Assembly: GCA_041753095.1 (NCBI GenBank)
Contig: JBGSVG010000130.1
Coordinates: 1 to 51,238 of the forward strand
Direction of reading: 5' to 3'
DNA length: 51,238 nt
DNA from: Sphingorhabdus sp.
GTDB taxonomy: Bacteria; Pseudomonadota; Alphaproteobacteria; Sphingomonadales; Sphingomonadaceae
Part shown: positions 47,791 to 51,238 of the stretch, piece after piece
How the letters are laid out: each line of letters begins with the position of its first letter
How positions within the stretch are numbered: the stretch's first letter is position 1
Made by a program: the position numbers and the translations under genes
The notes under the pieces: model-generated
The model's database searches: none
Told to the model about the DNA's origin: nothing
The model's input: the letters and a program-made list of their open reading frames with translations, nothing else

Positions 47791-50478
47791 CTAGCCGCTA
47801 TTGCGGAGCGCAGTCGCGATTGCGTTAATCGTCAGCTGGATGCCTTCGCCGATACGTTCGTCGGCCTCGCCCGCGCGGTGGCGTTTCATCAGTTCGATTT
47901 GAAGCAGGTTGAGCGGCTCGATATAGGGCAGACGCAGGCGGATCGAGTTGTTGAGCGCGGGGTGCGCTTCGAGCAGGTGGTTTTGGCCGGTTGCGTCCAA
48001 AAGACTGTCGCGTGAGGCCTGCCAGCCGTCTTTAATTCGCCCGAACAGGTTGTCTGCCAGCGCGCGATCCTCGACCAGATCGGCATAATGCGCGGCAATG
48101 CCCATGTCCGATTTCGCCAGCACCATTTCCATATTGGCAAGGATGGTCTGGAAGTAAGACCATTCGCCAGCCATCGCTTTGAGCAGACCCTTGTCGGCAA
48201 ACCCGGCAAGCGCCTGCCCTGTGCCATACCAGCCGGGGAGCATAACTCGCGCCTGCGCCCAGCTGAACACCCACGGAATCGCGCGCAGGTCTTCGATGGC
48301 GTCGGAAGCGGTGCGGCTTGAGGGACGCGAGCCGATTTTTAGGGTGGCGATCTCGTTGATCGGGGTCATCTGACGGAAGAAGGTGCGGAAGCCATCGGTG
48401 TCGTAAACGAGCCCACGATAATGTTTGAACGCGCTCGCCGACAACTCTGCCATCGCCGTCTTGAAGCGCGCAACGTCCGCCTCAGCAATCGGGTCGCTCG
48501 ATAATGTCGCGAGCATCGTCGCCGAAGCCATGGTCTCCAGCGAGGTCACCGCATTGTCGACCGTGCCATATTTTGCGGCGATTACCTCGCCTTGTTCGGT
48601 GATCCTTATGCGTCCCTGAACCGTCCCCTGCGGTTGTGCGAGGATGGCACCGAACGCCGAGCCACCACCGCGCCCGACCGCGCCGCCGCGGCCGTGGAAG
48701 AGCTGCATGGCAACGCCTGCTTGGGCGAACACCGGCGCGAGTGCACTTGAGGCTTCGTACAGCTCCCAAGTCGAGGTCAGATAGCCGCCGTCCTTGTTCG
48801 AATCGGAATAGCCGATCATCACTTCCTGATGCCCGCGTGCCTGCGCCAGCGCGCGCATCTGCGGAATGGCGAAAAAGGCGCGCATCGTGTCGGGTGCAGC
48901 CTGCAAATCGGCGATGGTTTCAAACAGCGGCACCGACATGACCGTCGCGCTTGGTGTGCCGTCTTCGGTAACGCGGTAAAGGCCGGCCTGTTTGAGCAGC
49001 ACATAGACCTCAAGCATGTCGGAGACGCTTTCGGTCTTGCTGATATTATACGTCTTGATTGCGGCGCGTCCGAAATCAGCTTGTGCCTTGGCTGCGGCGC
49101 GGATTATTGCGAGTTCCTTTCCGGTCTCTTCGCTGTAACTGGTCCATTCGCCTGCGAGCGGGCGGTTGTGCGAGAGTTCAGCGATAAGCAACGCGACGCG
49201 GGCGTCCTCATCCAGCGCAGCGTAATCGGGCGCGACCCCGGCGGTCTTGAACAACTCGGCAATCACCCGATCGTGGACATCGCTGTTCTGGCGCAGGTCG
49301 AGCGTTGCCAAGTGAAAGCCGAAAATCTCGACGCCGCGAATCAGGCGACCCAAAGCCCCGCCGGTCGACAGCGCGCCATCGCCGTCGCTGGCAAGTCCCG
49401 CAGCAACAGTGACAAGGTCGGCGCGGAGTTCATCGGGCCCCGCATAAGGTTCGCCTGCCAACCCAGAGGGACGCGGCGGTTGGTCACCGATCAGCTTGAT
49501 ATGTGTGGCCGCAAGCCGCGCGTAAATGCCAGACATCGCACGGCGGTATGGTTCGTCGGCACGGCTGGGGGCGGTGTCGCCGCTCTTCTCTGCGAGTGCG
49601 AGCACGGCGTCGGGCGTGTCGCTCATTCCGCTCGAAATCGAAATCTCGGCGCCGAGCTTGTGGATGCTTTCCAGATAATGCCGGATCGCGGTACCGCCAT
49701 CGCGGCTGATGGCAAATCGTAACGTCTCGGCATCGACGAACGGGTTGCCGTCGCGGTCGCCACCGATCCAGGTGCCGAGCCGGACGAACCCCGGCGGCCT
49801 TGACCCCAGCGCCTTTTCCCACCGAGCATACAGCTTGGGCAGCGCAGTCAGGAACACTTCGTGCATGTAAGCGCGCGCGTTTTCGATCTCATCGGCAACG
49901 AACAGTTTTTCACGCCGCAGCGGACGCGTTTGCCACAGCAAGGCAATCTGCCGGTAGATCGCGGCATCGATATCATCGCCATCGGTCGTAACGGTCTGCC
50001 CATCGTCGCGCAGCGCCATCAACGTTGCGATTCGATTCTTGTGGTCGATGATGCTCTTGCGACGAACCTCGGTCGGATGCGCGGTGAGTACGGGTACGAT
50101 CAGGCTGTGCGATAGCATTTCCATTACCGCATCAGGGTTGACGCCCTCACCCTTCAACCGCTCGAAAGCCTCGGCCACGGTCGCGCCGTCCTCATGCGCC
50201 AAGCCCTGCCGATCCTCGGCCAGATTAGCGAGTAACGAAAACAGCATGAACCCGCGCACAAAGTTGAGCGTGTCGTCGAGCGAGAGCGCAACCAGCCCAC
50301 GGTCACTGGTATGCGCTCCTTCGATCCCTCGAAACCGGTCAACGCTGGTCGAGCGGATATATTCGGTCTGCCGGAAGAGTTTGTCGCCCCCATAGGCCCT
50401 GATAACATCGCCGAGCATCTTGCCCAGAAAGCGGACATCTTGGTTTTGCGAAATGGGTATCAGCGGCTCGCCATTCAT
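47791..50478 (-). CDS. ppc: Phosphoenolpyruvate carboxylase
   Basis: VLTAHPTE, WIGGDRDGNP, VMIGYSDSNKDGG, FHGRGGAVGRGGG, LRAIPWVFSW, C-terminal LRNSG. Confidence 0.98.
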   Translation of the reverse strand: MNGEPLIPISQNQDVRFLGKMLGDVIRAYGGDKLFRQTEYIRSTSVDRFRGIEGAHTSDRGLVALSLDDTLNFVRGFMLFSLLANLAEDRQGLAHEDGATVAEAFERLKGEGVNPDAVMEMLSHSLIVPVLTAHPTEVRRKSIIDHKNRIATLMALRDDGQTVTTDGDDIDAAIYRQIALLWQTRPLRREKLFVADEIENARAYMHEVFLTALPKLYARWEKALGSRPPGFVRLGTWIGGDRDGNPFVDAETLRFAISRDGGTAIRHYLESIHKLGAEISISSGMSDTPDAVLALAEKSGDTAPSRADEPYRRAMSGIYARLAATHIKLIGDQPPRPSGLAGEPYAGPDELRADLVTVAAGLASDGDGALSTGGALGRLIRGVEIFGFHLATLDLRQNSDVHDRVIAELFKTAGVAPDYAALDEDARVALLIAELSHNRPLAGEWTSYSEETGKELAIIRAAAKAQADFGRAAIKTYNISKTESVSDMLEVYVLLKQAGLYRVTEDGTPSATVMSVPLFETIADLQAAPDTMRAFFAIPQMRALAQARGHQEVMIGYSDSNKDGGYLTSTWELYEASSALAPVFAQAGVAMQLFHGRGGAVGRGGGSAFGAILAQPQGTVQGRIRITEQGEVIAAKYGTVDNAVTSLETMASATMLATLSSDPIAEADVARFKTAMAELSASAFKHYRGLVYDTDGFRTFFRQMTPINEIATLKIGSRPSSRTASDAIEDLRAIPWVFSWAQARVMLPGWYGTGQALAGFADKGLLKAMAGEWSYFQTILANMEMVLAKSDMGIAAHYADLVEDRALADNLFGRIKDGWQASRDSLLDATGQNHLLEAHPALNNSIRLRLPYIEPLNLLQIELMKRHRAGEADERIGEGIQLTINAIATALRNSG

Positions 50479-50534
50479 CGCAGCTTTTGTGCACCGCAAC
50501 AGCAGCGTGCGCAAGCTTCACCGGCAAGGAATAG

Positions 50535-51041
50535 CTATTCCCCGATTAGCCGCGACAGACGGTTGATTTCGTCATTTTGCGCAGCGACGTCGTCAACGGC
50601 GGACTTTTGTGCGGTGGTCAAAAGAGCCACAAATGCCGAATCGAGCGCACCTGCATCTGAAATGAGCGAATCGAACTCGCGGACCACTGCCACCGAATCG
50701 GCTCGCTTCTTGTCGAGCCGGGACAGTTGTACATGCGCGTTGACCCAACTCTCGCTACCTGGCGAACTGCCTGCCGCGCTTGATGCAACGGACTGCACAG
50801 CCCCCAATCCATCGGCGAAAGCGGATTGGGCTATGCGATGCCGGGCCAAAAGTGCATCGACTTTTGCCGCGATCTCGGTCGGCAAGGAAACTGGTGTAGT
50901 TGGTACTGCCGCAGGCTCGGATATGGGCGCATTGGTTTCATAAGGGCGGCGCTCAAGCGACGGAAACTCGCCCTCGGTGGTACTGCATGCTGCAAGCATA
51001 GCGACAGGCGTGAGAAGGAGCACAGACTTGATAATCGACAT
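50535..51041 (-). CDS. Hypothetical lipoprotein
   Basis: Lipobox LAAC, PSL.RRPYE motif, helical body. Confidence 0.8.
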   Translation of the reverse strand: MSIIKSVLLLTPVAMLAACSTTEGEFPSLERRPYETNAPISEPAAVPTTPVSLPTEIAAKVDALLARHRIAQSAFADGLGAVQSVASSAAGSSPGSESWVNAHVQLSRLDKKRADSVAVVREFDSLISDAGALDSAFVALLTTAQKSAVDDVAAQNDEINRLSRLIGE

Positions 51042-51113
51042 GCCCCGTGTCTAAGCCTGCAACATCGCCCATGCAAGGGCCGCGCAATCGCCCAGAGAAG
51101 GCGGCAAAAGGCG

Positions 51114-51142
51114 TTGACAGGACGATTTCCTTGGACTAGCTG
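51114..51142 (+). promoter_or_regulatory. Sigma70-type promoter TTGACA-17 bp-TAGCTG for a gene beyond the right edge
   Basis: Perfect -35 hexamer, 17-bp spacer, TA-starting -10 lacking the -7 T, GC-rich discriminator. Confidence 0.55.
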
Positions 51143-51238
51143 CGCCCATTCTTGCGTGACCTGCCGAGATTCGTCTTTCGGAGTTACGCGTTTGAGCAAC
51201 CGCGCTTCACAAGAGCGCTAAGCTGTAGAAATGGATGA

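Noticed and set aside
48829-50943. Long plus-strand ORFs (297 aa, 210 aa) opposite ppc
   Set aside because: Typical stop-poor antisense frames of a high-GC3 housekeeping gene.
1-51238. CRISPR arrays, tRNA/rRNA genes, IS elements, prophage or defence genes
   Set aside because: No regularly spaced DNA repeats, cloverleaf motifs, or transposase, integrase or phage proteins were recognisable by eye.

Overview
Bacterial chromosomal window. The core genes at the right end look like Alphaproteobacteria, probably Sphingomonadales (inference from protein appearance; no search was run). From left to right it contains: (1) the 5' 5.6 kb of a giant secreted Ig/Calx-beta repeat adhesin on the minus strand, which runs off the left edge and is absent from the supplied ORF track; (2) three small secreted or lipoprotein hypotheticals; (3) a ~34 kb lower-GC, mosaic, Wzx/Wzy-type surface polysaccharide locus with a WaaL/Wzy_C-family protein, wzc, rmlBACD, wbuC-wbuB-fnlABC-wbuXYZ (L-FucNAm), four glycosyltransferases, wzy, an SDR/methyltransferase/acyltransferase module, a KpsS/KpsC-like candidate nonulosonate transferase, wzx, gmd, a complete legionaminic acid pathway, an EPS-associated MarR regulator and a WecA/MraY-family initiating transferase; (4) high-GC core-like genes: a small membrane protein, a Tyr/Gly- and RGG-rich lipoprotein, a cytochrome P450, a TonB-like protein, DUF885, ppc and a lipoprotein, followed by a promoter with a structured leader at the right edge. 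I saw no rRNA, tRNA, CRISPR, integrase or transposase. The best candidate for an undescribed system is the glycan locus: a possibly new Leg/FucNAm/Rha repeat unit, an uncharacterised candidate legionaminyl transferase, and a ligase-like enzyme with unknown acceptor next to a Ser/Thr-rich giant adhesin.
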